Shown: one piece after another, positions 35,375-44,524 of the stretch | Position numbering within the stretch: position 1 is the first letter of the stretch | Layout of the letters: each line of letters starts with the position of its first letter | Origin: an uncultured Thermoanaerobaculia bacterium | Lineage (GTDB): Bacteria; Acidobacteriota; Thermoanaerobaculia; Multivoradales; SZUA-115 | Direction: 5' to 3' | DNA length: 64,000 nt | NCBI GenBank assembly: GCA_964420075.1 | Contig: CAYQRE010000010.1 | Coordinates: 77,885 to 141,884, forward strand | Notes under the pieces: generated by a model | Database searches by the model: none | What the model saw: only the letters and a program-made list of their open reading frames with translations | What the model was told of the DNA's origin: nothing | Translations under genes and position numbers: made by a program

Positions 35375-36469
35375 ATGTCGAGTTCGGCTGAGCGCACCAC
35401 TGCTGGGATCTCCGCCTTCGGGCTCGCCCTGCCCCCGCTTGCGATGGCGGTCGAAGAGCTCGCCCGGGTGCGCGGCGTGGACCCCGCCAAGTACGTCCAC
35501 GGCCTGGGCTGCCGCGAGATGGCGCTCTGCCCGCCGGGTTACGGAGTCGTCGACCTGGCCACCGCCGCGGCCCGCCGCGCCGTCGCCCGCTGGGGCGGCG
35601 ACGCGCAGCGGATCGGCCTGCTGGCAGTGGGCAGCGAGTCCGCCGTCGACATGAGCCGGCCGCTCTCCGCCTGGGTGGCCGAGGCCCTCGGCCTTGCCGG
35701 CGCCGTGCGCTCCTACGAGGTCAAGCACGCCTGCTACGGCGGCACTCTCGCGCTGCGCCAGGCGCTCGAATGGAAGCTCGCCGGCGCCAGCCACGGCAAG
35801 GCCGCGCTGGTGATCGCCGCCGACGTCGCCCTCTACGCGCCCGGCGACCCCGGCGAGCCGACGCAAGGGGCCGGCGCCGTGGCGATGGTGGTGGACGGCA
35901 CCGAGGTCGCCGCCGTCGACCTCGCCTCTTTCCCCTACAGCGAGCCGGCCTTCGACTTCTGGCGACCCGTGGGCGAGTCGTTCCCACGGGTCGACGGCCA
36001 GTTCAGCCTCGAGTGCTACAAGCGGGCCGCCGAGCGCTGCTTCCATGCCCTGGTGGGCGACGGCGACGCCGCGGCCGTGCTCGACGAGCTCGGCGCCCTC
36101 TGCTTCCACGTGCCCTTCCCCAAGATGGTCAAGAAGGCGGTGCTGCATGTCGGTGAGAGCTTCGGCTGGTCCGCCGAGCAATGCGAAGCGTTGTTCCGCG
36201 AGCGGGTGGACCCCACGATGGGCTGGAGCCGCCTCGCCGGCAACGGCTACACGGCAAGCCTGTGGCTGGCGGTGGCCGAGGCCCTCCGCGGCCGGCGGGC
36301 CGGCGAACGCCTGGCCGCCTTCTCCTACGGCTCGGGCTTCGGCTCCGAGCTCCTCACCTTGACCGCCGGGCCCCTCGCCGCGGCCGGCGCCTGGGCCGCC
36401 GACATCGAAGGCGACCTCGCCGGGCGGCGGCTGGTGAGCGGCGAGGAGTACCTCGCCCTGCGGGCCTGA
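35375..36469 (+). CDS. mvaS: Hydroxymethylglutaryl-CoA synthase family protein
   Basis: AAGGAG SD; ESAVD, EVKHACYGGT, EPTQGAGA, FHVPF, FSYGSG (Glu/Cys/His catalytic residues present). Confidence 0.85.
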   Translation: MSSSAERTTAGISAFGLALPPLAMAVEELARVRGVDPAKYVHGLGCREMALCPPGYGVVDLATAAARRAVARWGGDAQRIGLLAVGSESAVDMSRPLSAWVAEALGLAGAVRSYEVKHACYGGTLALRQALEWKLAGASHGKAALVIAADVALYAPGDPGEPTQGAGAVAMVVDGTEVAAVDLASFPYSEPAFDFWRPVGESFPRVDGQFSLECYKRAAERCFHALVGDGDAAAVLDELGALCFHVPFPKMVKKAVLHVGESFGWSAEQCEALFRERVDPTMGWSRLAGNGYTASLWLAVAEALRGRRAGERLAAFSYGSGFGSELLTLTAGPLAAAGAWAADIEGDLAGRRLVSGEEYLALRA

Positions 36470-36505
36470 GGCCCGCCGCTCCGCGGCCCTCCCCGGGGGC
36501 CCTGC

Positions 36506-37729
36506 TCAGTGCTTGGGGCGCCGGGGCAGCCGGCGGTGGGTGTGATCGCGCTCGAGGTCGTCGGGCCGGCGGGCGACGACGAACTCGCGGGGGTTCTCGC
36601 TGACCCGGCGGAAGCCCAGCAAGTGGAAGATCTCCATCACGTAGAAGCGGGCGATGCGGCGGTTGACGATGTAGGTCGCTTCGCGCTCTGGATGGCGGCG
36701 CACCCCCGGCAGCCAGTGCACGACGGCGTCGGCCCCCAGCTGGCGGAGCAGGCCGGAGACCCGCAGCCACAGCGGTGAGAAGCCGCGCACGAGGAAGAAG
36801 CCGTCATTGCCCTGCTTCTGGTAGAGCGGCATCAGGATGAGGCCGTCCGCCGGGCAGAGCACCGGCCCGCTGCGGTCGTCGGCGAGGATCTCGCCCTCGG
36901 CCACCGCCTGGAAGCTCTTGTAGTGCGGGCGCATCACGAACCCATCGGCCGCCGTGATGGCGTGCCGGTAGCGCACCTCGACGGCCCGCGGCAGGCCGCG
37001 CACAGCCTGTTCCAGCAGGCGTCCCAGGCGTTGCGGGCGGGCCACCGCGCCGCGCTCGAGCAAGCCGATCGCTTCGAGGGCGATCCACACCGCCGTCTCG
37101 GCATGGTCGATGGTCCGCTTGGCGTCGTGCTGGCCCCCCTCGAAGCCGAGGGTGATGTGGCCACGGTCGGAGAGGTAGCTGAGCAGCGTGCCCTCGAGCT
37201 CTTCTTCGATGCCCAGCACGACCGGTGCTTGCAGGCTCACCGCCCAGGCGCGGTTTTGCAGGTTGTCCGAGAGAACGACGAACGGTGCGCCCTCGCCCGA
37301 GGTCGAGTGCAGGTCGAGGACGAAGGTGGGGCCCTGGGAGCGCGCGAAGGCCGCTTCGAGCGCCTCGTCGAGCTCGAGCTGCTCGACGTCCTCCGCGCGT
37401 GCACTGTCGAGGGAGTGGCGGGAGCGCAGCAGCTGCAGGCGCTCCCGGGTCCAGGCCCGGTTGAGGTCGCGGTCGACGTAGCGGACCCCCCGCGAGAGGG
37501 CCTGGCGATTGCCCACCAGCGCCACCAGCTCGCCGGCGACGAGGTGCTCACGGCCGGCGAGGTCGGCGAGCACGCGCTCGAGGGCGGCGGGCCCACAGGG
37601 CTCGTTGCCGTGGATGGCACCGACCACCACCAGGGTGGGGCCGGGATGGGAGCCGACGATGCGGCCCAGCTCGCGAGGCGGATAGGGGGCGGGAGCGCTG
37701 CTCGGGGGTTGGGCTTCGAGGACGCTCAC
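36506..37729 (-). CDS. Succinylglutamate desuccinylase / aspartoacylase family (M14-like Zn amidohydrolase)
   Basis: GAIHGNEPCG, DRDLNRAW, VLDLHS, GFEGGQH. Confidence 0.85.
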   Translation of the reverse strand: MSVLEAQPPSSAPAPYPPRELGRIVGSHPGPTLVVVGAIHGNEPCGPAALERVLADLAGREHLVAGELVALVGNRQALSRGVRYVDRDLNRAWTRERLQLLRSRHSLDSARAEDVEQLELDEALEAAFARSQGPTFVLDLHSTSGEGAPFVVLSDNLQNRAWAVSLQAPVVLGIEEELEGTLLSYLSDRGHITLGFEGGQHDAKRTIDHAETAVWIALEAIGLLERGAVARPQRLGRLLEQAVRGLPRAVEVRYRHAITAADGFVMRPHYKSFQAVAEGEILADDRSGPVLCPADGLILMPLYQKQGNDGFFLVRGFSPLWLRVSGLLRQLGADAVVHWLPGVRRHPEREATYIVNRRIARFYVMEIFHLLGFRRVSENPREFVVARRPDDLERDHTHRRLPRRPKH

Positions 37730-37738
37730 GGGAACGGC

Positions 37739-39310
37739 TCAGGCGGGAAACGGGCGGGAGATCACACAGGCGTTGATACCGCCGATGCCCATCGACATCT
37801 TACCAGCCAAGCCCATCGGCGCGCTGCAGGCGCGATCGAAGAGGAAGCGGCGGTGCACCCGGCCGATCTCCTGGTTGAGCTCGCTCTCGGCCAGCGGCGT
37901 GGGGAAGAGCCGGCCAGAGGCATAGCCGAGGTACTGGGCGGTGAGCTCCCAGCCGCCGGCGGCGCTCATGCCGTGCCCAAAGGTCCCCTTGCGGGCGGTG
38001 ACCACCACCGACTCCGGCAGCACGCCGCGCAGGGTCTCCACCTCCAGGTAGTCGCCGGGCGTCGCCGTCGCATGGAGGTCCCAGGTACCCACCTCGGCCG
38101 GCTCGACCGCCGCCTGCGCCAGGGCCATACGGACGGCGGCGGTGGGCCCCTCCTTCGAGGGCGTGATGATGTGGTCGGCGTCGGCCGTCACCCCGACGGC
38201 GATGGGCTCCATCCCCAAGGGCTCGAAGCCGCGGGCCGTCATGTAGTCGTAATCGCCCACGATCCAGGCACAAGCACCCCCGGCGACGTGGGTGCCACGC
38301 AGGCCGGAGAGCGGCTTCGAGACGGTGCCGTCCGCCGCCAGCACGCGGGCGTTGTAGAAGGCGCCCACGGTCAGCGGATGGGGCGGTCCGTCGGTGGCGC
38401 CGATCACCACCGCCTTCGCCTCGCCGCGGCGCAGCGTGTCCATCGCCAGCTTCAGCGTGACGCCGAAGGTCGAGCAGGCAGCCACCGGCGCGAAGGCCAT
38501 GCCGGTGATCCGACCGAGCATCGAGATCTGCGAGGCCGGGGTGTTGGGGATGTTCCACAACAAGTTGGGCGAGATCGCCTTCCACGGCGGCTCGGGGGCA
38601 CCCCAGCGCTGGCGCAGCCGCTGGTGCCGGCGCTGCTTCTCCTTGATCAACGACAGCTTGCCGGCCTCGACCTCGCCCTCGACGACCAGCGCCTCGATCT
38701 CGCGATGCTCGGCGAGGAAGGCGTGGAGGCCCTCCGAGCGCGGTGCCCAGTAGGCCCACCAGGCTTCCTCGGCACTGTCGCGCTCGGCCGCCGGCACTTC
38801 GTCGGGCGTCGGCGGTGCCCCGGTCGCCTGCTTCTCCTCGGCGGCGAGGGCGAGGAAGTCGGCCAGCGCCTGGTTGCGCTCCGGGTCGGCCCAGAAGCGG
38901 TTCCAGCCGCGCTGGGCCCGGTAGAGGTCCAGGCTCGCCGACTCGATCGTCGATAGGCTGCCGAGGCCGGTCCCAAAGTAGACGTGGGCCTGGCTGCCGA
39001 GGCGCTCGAGCTCCTCCTCGAGGCCGGGGTTCTGGCCCAGCGCCTGGATGAAGGCGCCGATCGCGAACAGCGACGAGGGGTCCATCTTCTCGGCCAGCTG
39101 CGGATAGCGGTTGGGCCGGAAGCGGGCGTCGATCCACGGCTTGTAGTCGGCGAAGGAAAACTCCGGCATGCCGACGAGGAAGTTGTCGGGCCCGAAGCCG
39201 TTGAAGGAGGACAGCCAGGACTCGGAGCTGGCGAGATTCGCCGCGAAGCGCTCCATGTTCGGCGAGCGGGGCGCAACGATCCCCCACCCGAAGATGGCAA
39301 CTCGACCCAC
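37739..39310 (-). CDS. Stand-alone beta-ketoacyl synthase (FabF-like) with a large N-domain insertion
   Basis: VAIFGWGIVAP, GTGLG, PVAACSTFG (Cys), DLHATATPGD (His), KGTFGHGMSAAG (His), GIGGINAC. Confidence 0.82.
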   Translation of the reverse strand: MGRVAIFGWGIVAPRSPNMERFAANLASSESWLSSFNGFGPDNFLVGMPEFSFADYKPWIDARFRPNRYPQLAEKMDPSSLFAIGAFIQALGQNPGLEEELERLGSQAHVYFGTGLGSLSTIESASLDLYRAQRGWNRFWADPERNQALADFLALAAEEKQATGAPPTPDEVPAAERDSAEEAWWAYWAPRSEGLHAFLAEHREIEALVVEGEVEAGKLSLIKEKQRRHQRLRQRWGAPEPPWKAISPNLLWNIPNTPASQISMLGRITGMAFAPVAACSTFGVTLKLAMDTLRRGEAKAVVIGATDGPPHPLTVGAFYNARVLAADGTVSKPLSGLRGTHVAGGACAWIVGDYDYMTARGFEPLGMEPIAVGVTADADHIITPSKEGPTAAVRMALAQAAVEPAEVGTWDLHATATPGDYLEVETLRGVLPESVVVTARKGTFGHGMSAAGGWELTAQYLGYASGRLFPTPLAESELNQEIGRVHRRFLFDRACSAPMGLAGKMSMGIGGINACVISRPFPA

Positions 39311-39391
39311 GCAGGAAACCTCCGGCCGCGACGACGACTGGCCCAGTTCCGGGCGATGTTACCCCATCCCAAGCCGCCGCCGGGGCGGCCC

Positions 39392-39691
39392 CTAGGGTAG
39401 GTCGACGGTGCCGGCCGGCGTCCACGGGCCACAGCGCAGGATCCGCCAGGCGGCGAGCGCGCTCCCTTTGAGCGCGCCGTATTTGGCGATCACGGCCTCG
39501 CCGTAGTGGCTGCAGGTGGGGGTGAAGCGGCAGCGCACGCCCATCCCGGGCATGAGAGGAGAGAGCGTGCGCTGGTAGAGGTGGATGCCCGCCAGCAGGG
39601 CCCGCGCCGACAGTTGCTCGGCGGGTGGGCGGGAGAAGTCGACGGCGAGGGCGACGACGAGGAGGAGCAGTACCCGCCACAGCCAGCGCAT
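39392..39691 (-). CDS. YidD-family membrane protein insertion efficiency factor paralog with an N-terminal hydrophobic segment
   Basis: IHLYQRTLSP, CRFTPTCSHY, GSALAAWRILRCGPW, G.DLP; start chosen at MRWLWRV. Confidence 0.82.
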   Translation of the reverse strand: MRWLWRVLLLLVVALAVDFSRPPAEQLSARALLAGIHLYQRTLSPLMPGMGVRCRFTPTCSHYGEAVIAKYGALKGSALAAWRILRCGPWTPAGTVDLP

Positions 39692-39824
39692 CGCGCGGCG
39701 CGGCGGGTGAGCCGAGGCCTCCGGGGCAGGGCTGGCAGTCCGCGTGATCACGGCCGGCCGCTGGCAGCGCGGCCAGGGTGGGGACGGCAGGCCCTCCACC
39801 GCTGGCCGCGGGGCCCGCGAAGGA

Positions 39825-40229
39825 TCAGAAGCGGTCGGCGTACTGGCTCACGCCCGGCACCAGCAGGCGTTGGCCGTTGATGCCCTTGACGATGGCCATG
39901 ATGTGGAAGATGAACACCGCCAAGACGAGGATCGGGTAGGCCAGCAGGGTCACGCAGCCGAGAACGGGGATCTGGCCGATGATCATCATCATGATCCCGA
40001 CCACCGTGAAGAGGACGATCTCCGCCACCAGCAGCACGATGCCGTGCTTGGCGTGCCACTGAACCTCCTGGTCCTCCTTCTCGACGAGGAGGGGGATCAG
40101 GGCCAGCAGCCCCAGATACGACAGCGCGATCATCACGCCGCGGTTCTCGCTGACCTTGCCACCGCCGGGCGGCGGGGGCGGCGGGCTACCACCGATGGGG
40201 GGCGGCGGGGGGAAGTTCGGGTCGCTCAC
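39825..40229 (-). CDS. DUF4870-type membrane protein with a Pro-rich N-terminus
   Basis: AAAGGAGG SD with GTG; ALSYLGLLALIPLL, VQWHAKHG, IMAIVKGINGQR. Confidence 0.8.
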   Translation of the reverse strand: MSDPNFPPPPPIGGSPPPPPPGGGKVSENRGVMIALSYLGLLALIPLLVEKEDQEVQWHAKHGIVLLVAEIVLFTVVGIMMMIIGQIPVLGCVTLLAYPILVLAVFIFHIMAIVKGINGQRLLVPGVSQYADRF

Positions 40230-40351
40230 TCTGGTACCCTCCTTTGGGTTCCGAAACGACCAGCCGGCAGGCCGGAACTGGCCGACGAAGCGTGCACTGG
40301 GGCTCTTATGCCCGGCAGTCTATACAAGGGGCCGGGTACCGACAAGCGCGC

Positions 40352-40984
40352 TCAGGTGGGCCCGAAGGCCTCGGCGACGATCCCGAGGTCGGCGAGCGCG
40401 GCGTCGAGCCCGGCACGGTGAGACTGGCGGACGGCCAGCTCGAAGGTTACGGCCTCGCCGTAACGCTCGCCGAGGAGCTCGACCTCGGGGGGGTGCACCA
40501 GGCGCTTGACGGCCCCCACTCTCTCGTAGGGCACGGCGAGGCGCAGGTGGTCGAGGGGGTGCCGTTCGCTGGTCGGCAGCATGGCGAGGGCCTCGCGCAG
40601 CGCACCGGCATAGGCCCTCGCGAGGCCGCCCTTGCCGAGCTTGGTGCCCCCAAACCACCGCACCACCACCCCAAGCACGTCCGAGACCTCGGCGCCGCGC
40701 AGCACCCGCAGCATGGGGGCACCGGCGGTGCCGGCCGGCTCGCCGTCGTCGTTGCTGCGCTCGTCGAGCGATGCTGGCGCGCCGACCTGGCCCAGGCGCC
40801 AGGCCCAGCAGTGGTGAGTGGCGTCAGGGAAGTGCGCACGCACCGCGGCCAGCTCGCGCAGTGCTTCCTCGCGATGGGCGACCGGGATGAGCAGGGCCAG
40901 GAAGCGCGAGCCCTTTTCCCGCAGCTCGGCCGAGGCGCGCTCGGCGGCGACGCGATACGGCGGCGCTGGCGGCTCGGCGGGCAC
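40352..40984 (-). CDS. yigZ: YigZ/IMPACT family protein
   Basis: EKGSRFLA, ATHHCWAWR, DDGEPAGTAGAPML, VVRWFGGTKLGKGGLARAY; GTG start at 40984 inferred. Confidence 0.88.
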   Translation of the reverse strand: MPAEPPAPPYRVAAERASAELREKGSRFLALLIPVAHREEALRELAAVRAHFPDATHHCWAWRLGQVGAPASLDERSNDDGEPAGTAGAPMLRVLRGAEVSDVLGVVVRWFGGTKLGKGGLARAYAGALREALAMLPTSERHPLDHLRLAVPYERVGAVKRLVHPPEVELLGERYGEAVTFELAVRQSHRAGLDAALADLGIVAEAFGPT

Positions 40985-40997
40985 CGGCTGGCCGCGC

Positions 40998-42161
40998 TCA
41001 GCGAGCGACGCGCTCGTAGAGGTCCTGGTACTGGCGCACGACGTGGTCCTGGTCGAAGCGCTCGACGACCCGTTGCCGCGCCAGCTCGCCGAAGCGGCGA
41101 TGGCGGTCGGGATCGGTGAGGAGCTCGAGCGCGGCCGCCGCCATGCCGGCGACGTCCCCCACGGGCAGCAGGAAACCCGTCTCGCCGTGGTCCACCACCT
41201 CGGGGAGCCCACCTGCCCGGGCCCCGATCACCGGTACCTCGCAGGCCAGCGCCTCGAGGGCGGCGAGGCCGAAGGACTCGGCGTCGGACGGCAACAGGAA
41301 GAGGTCGGCGCCGATCAGCACCTCTTCGACCAAGGGCAGGTTGCCGATGAAGACGATGCGGTCGCAAGTGCCGAGCTCGCGGCAGCGCTGCTCGACCTTG
41401 GCGCGGTCCGGTCCATCCCCCACCAGCAGCAGGCGGGCCGGCAGCTCGCGGCGCACGCGGTCGAAAGTCTCGATCACGTCGAGCACCCGCTTGACCGGCC
41501 GGAAGTTGGAGATGTGGACGAGGACCTTCTCCCCCGGCTTCGCCCAGCGATGGGCGCAGGGGCCGCCCACGGCCCGCTCGAAGCGACCGGGGTCGATGAA
41601 GTTCGGGATCACCTCGATCGGCATCCCAACCCCGAAGGTCTCGTAGGTCTTGGTGCGCAGCCAGTCGGAGACCGCCGACACCGCGTCGCTCTCGACGATG
41701 CCGTAGCGCGTGGTCTCGAGGTAGGACGGATCGTTGCCGACCAGGGTGATGTCGGTGCCGTGGAGGGTCGTCACCACCGGCATGGGTTGTGGCGTGAGGA
41801 TCTGCCGGGCGAGGACGGCCGAGACGGCGTTGGGCACCGCGTAATGCACGTGCAGCACGTCCAGCCGCTCGTTGCGCGCCACCTCGACCATCTTGGTGGC
41901 GAGCGCCTGCGAGTAGGGCGGGTAGTCGAAGAGCGGGTACCGGGGCACGACCACCTCGTGGTAGTGCAGGTTCGAGAACAGCTGCGGATAGAGCTGCGCC
42001 TCGATCGACGACGGGTTGCCCCACAGCCCGGCGAGGCGCGACGGCAGCGCGTAGCTCAGGATGTGGACCTGGTGCTCGGCGGCGGCGAGGGCCATGGCGA
42101 GCTCCGTGGCCACCACGCCCGAACCGCCGAAGGTCGGGTAGCAGCTGATGCCGATCCTCAT
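40998..42161 (-). CDS. bshA: N-acetyl-alpha-D-glucosaminyl L-malate synthase (GT4)
   Basis: MRIGISCYPTFGGSGVVATEL, LHVHYAVPNA, TTLHGTDITLVG, HISNFRPVKR, ESFGLAALEA. Confidence 0.93.
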   Translation of the reverse strand: MRIGISCYPTFGGSGVVATELAMALAAAEHQVHILSYALPSRLAGLWGNPSSIEAQLYPQLFSNLHYHEVVVPRYPLFDYPPYSQALATKMVEVARNERLDVLHVHYAVPNAVSAVLARQILTPQPMPVVTTLHGTDITLVGNDPSYLETTRYGIVESDAVSAVSDWLRTKTYETFGVGMPIEVIPNFIDPGRFERAVGGPCAHRWAKPGEKVLVHISNFRPVKRVLDVIETFDRVRRELPARLLLVGDGPDRAKVEQRCRELGTCDRIVFIGNLPLVEEVLIGADLFLLPSDAESFGLAALEALACEVPVIGARAGGLPEVVDHGETGFLLPVGDVAGMAAAALELLTDPDRHRRFGELARQRVVERFDQDHVVRQYQDLYERVAR

Positions 42162-42877
42162 CGCACTCCTCCCGGGAGAACGGCGAGGGGGTCAGCCACC
42201 GCGAGCGGCAGCCGGCTCCAGAAGGGCTCGCCGAAGGTGGCGCCGATCATCTCGCCGAAGTGCCGCGCGCGGCCCTCGACGGCCAGCCGGAACTCGGCCG
42301 TCGCCACCTTGGTCACCGGTTCGTCGCGGCGCTCGCCCGGCTGGTGGAGCTGGCTGCGGTAGGCGGCGAGGGCGGCGAGCTTCGCCGGCCAGCCGGCGGT
42401 GGCGTCGACGACGAAGCGGGGCTCGAAGGGGTCGTGCTGCATGTAGGCGAAGAGCGCCGCCGGCCGGTGCGGCTCGCCCTCGCCGCGGCGGCGCAGGCCG
42501 GCGTAGAAGCAGGCGGCCTCGACCAGGCGGTGGGCTCGACCGTGGTCGGGGTGGCGGTCGGCCGGGGTCGGTGCCAGGACGAGCTCCGGGCGATGCCGGC
42601 GCAGAACGCCGATCAGCGCCTCCTCCTCGGCCTCGCCGCTGCGCAGGCGGCCGTCGCCGCAGTCGAGGAAGTCGAGGCTCGCCGCCCCCAACGCCGCCGC
42701 CGCGGCCTCGGCCTCGGCCAGCCGCTCCGCTGCCGTGCCACGGGTCCCCGCCTCACCGCGCGTCAGATGCAGCAGGCCCACTCGCCGCCCCTGGGCCGCG
42801 AGCTGAGCGAGGGTCGCGCCACAGCCGAGCTCCACGTCGTCCGGGTGGGCACCGATGGCGAGCACGTCGAGGGTCAT
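42158..42877 (-). CDS. bshB1: Bacillithiol biosynthesis deacetylase
   Basis: AHPDDVELGCGATL, LTRGEAGTRG, RHPDHG, AYRSQ; GGAGA SD; overlaps the bshA start. Confidence 0.92.
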   Translation of the reverse strand: MTLDVLAIGAHPDDVELGCGATLAQLAAQGRRVGLLHLTRGEAGTRGTAAERLAEAEAAAAALGAASLDFLDCGDGRLRSGEAEEEALIGVLRRHRPELVLAPTPADRHPDHGRAHRLVEAACFYAGLRRRGEGEPHRPAALFAYMQHDPFEPRFVVDATAGWPAKLAALAAYRSQLHQPGERRDEPVTKVATAEFRLAVEGRARHFGEMIGATFGEPFWSRLPLAVADPLAVLPGGVR

Positions 42878-42897
42878 GGCGTCTCCTGGAATCCCCC

Positions 42898-44517
42898 TCA
42901 CACCCGCACCACCTGCAGGCGGCGGGGGTCGAGGGCCATCTGCTCCCAGATGGCGTCGACGACCTCCAGTCCGTAGCGGGCGGGGTAGTGAGCGGTGGTG
43001 ACAATGCGCTCCTGCAGCTTGCCGCCGGGAAGGAGGTGCGCCCGCAGCTGCTCGAGGCGACGGCGCGCCGTCTCGTCGGCGCGGGCGGCGGCGGCGGTGA
43101 GCTTCTCGTTGAAGGTGGTGAGCGCCCGCTCGATGGTCTCGCGGGTCTTGCGGTAGGGGGTCTCGAGGCCGGGGTCGATGGCGAGCGCCTGCTCGCGCAG
43201 CGCCGCCAGCCGGCGCTCGAGCTCGGCCCCGAGATCGTCCGTCGTCGCCAGGCCCTGGCGGGCGGCGAGGCGACGGTCGACCTCGGCGGGGTCTCCCAGC
43301 AGGTGGGCCAGCTCCAGCCCGAGCTGGGAGAGCCAGGTGAGGTGGCGCTCCTCGACGATCGCGACCTGCGGCCGCAAGGTGGTCCACGGCGCCGTGATCC
43401 CCAGCAGCGGGTACGCCGCCGCCACCTGCGCCATGTAGGCGATCTCACCCGGACCCATGACCTGCAACGTGGTACCGAGGACGGCGTCCTGGATCGCCGG
43501 TCGGGCGAGCACACCCGGGCTCACCACCAGCGGGTTGTCCTCCACCAGGGCGAGCAGGTCGGCGACCGGCCGCTCGCGCCCGTCACCACCGCGCAGGGTC
43601 CAGGCCTCCTCTCCCCGCCACTCGATCCGTCGCCGCGCCCCGGCGTCGAGGGCGAAAAGGGGCGAGAGGCCGGGCTGCGGTGCCACCTGCAACGCGAATC
43701 CCCGCGCCTCGATGCGGCTGTCGGCGGCCCGGTAGGCCGCCTCCAGGGCGGCGCGCTCGCGGATGAGGCGCAGCAGGTGAGGCCTCTCGGCGGCTTTGAG
43801 CTCGGGGAGCTGCGCGTCGAGGAAGAGGGGCGAGCGCGCCCCCAGCAGGTGCACCATCAGGCGAGGGAACGCCTCGCCGAAGCGGGCGCTCGGCCGGTAC
43901 CAGCTGGCCACCTGCTGCCAGAAAGCGGTGTTGCTCGGCCCGTTGGGCAGCTCGCTGAAGCGGGCGAGCGCCGCCTCGACCCCGGGGCCGAAGCTGCGCG
44001 CCCCCACTGGCAGCAGGGGCGACGGGTCGGGACCGAGGTCACAGCTCGCGAGCTCGCCCGGCGTGGGCACCGCGGCGGTCGAGACCTCGGCCCAGTCGTG
44101 GTCCTCCGTCGCCACCCAGAAGACGGCGACGGCGCTCTCGCCGGCCGCCTCGATGGCCGCCGCCCAACGGGCCGCGGCGATCGCCTTCGAGAGGGTGAGC
44201 AGGGGGCCGCCGAAGAGGCCTGGCTGTTGGCCGGTGACCACCACGCGAGTGTGCGGGTCGGCCAGCTTGGCCGCCAGCTCATCCGCTGCTGGATGGCCGT
44301 AGGCCCGGTTGGCGGCGGCGAGGCCGGCGGCCAGCGCACGCCGTTCGACGGCGGGCGGCGGGCCGCTCGGCAGCGTGCCCGGGGGCAGGTGGCGCAGCGG
44401 CGCCAGCAGGTCGGTGTGCCGGCCGTCGAGGAAGGCTGCCGGCAGGGCACGCAGGCGGCCCAGGGCGACGAGGTCGAGGTCGCCGAAGGGCGGCGACGGG
44501 GTCTGCGGGTCGTTCAT
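42898..44517 (-). CDS. bshC: Bacillithiol cysteine-adding enzyme
   Basis: VVTGQQPGLFGGPL, VFWVATEDHDWAEV, SPGVLARPAIQD, GPGEIAY, LQER. Confidence 0.9.
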   Translation of the reverse strand: MNDPQTPSPPFGDLDLVALGRLRALPAAFLDGRHTDLLAPLRHLPPGTLPSGPPPAVERRALAAGLAAANRAYGHPAADELAAKLADPHTRVVVTGQQPGLFGGPLLTLSKAIAAARWAAAIEAAGESAVAVFWVATEDHDWAEVSTAAVPTPGELASCDLGPDPSPLLPVGARSFGPGVEAALARFSELPNGPSNTAFWQQVASWYRPSARFGEAFPRLMVHLLGARSPLFLDAQLPELKAAERPHLLRLIRERAALEAAYRAADSRIEARGFALQVAPQPGLSPLFALDAGARRRIEWRGEEAWTLRGGDGRERPVADLLALVEDNPLVVSPGVLARPAIQDAVLGTTLQVMGPGEIAYMAQVAAAYPLLGITAPWTTLRPQVAIVEERHLTWLSQLGLELAHLLGDPAEVDRRLAARQGLATTDDLGAELERRLAALREQALAIDPGLETPYRKTRETIERALTTFNEKLTAAAARADETARRRLEQLRAHLLPGGKLQERIVTTAHYPARYGLEVVDAIWEQMALDPRRLQVVRV

Positions 44518-44524
44518 CGCAAGC

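Noticed and set aside
35375-36469. HMG-CoA synthase as a beta-branching cassette for the beta-keto PKS module
   Set aside because: It lies 11 kb from the cluster on the opposite strand, with no donor ACP, KS0 or enoyl-CoA hydratases nearby.
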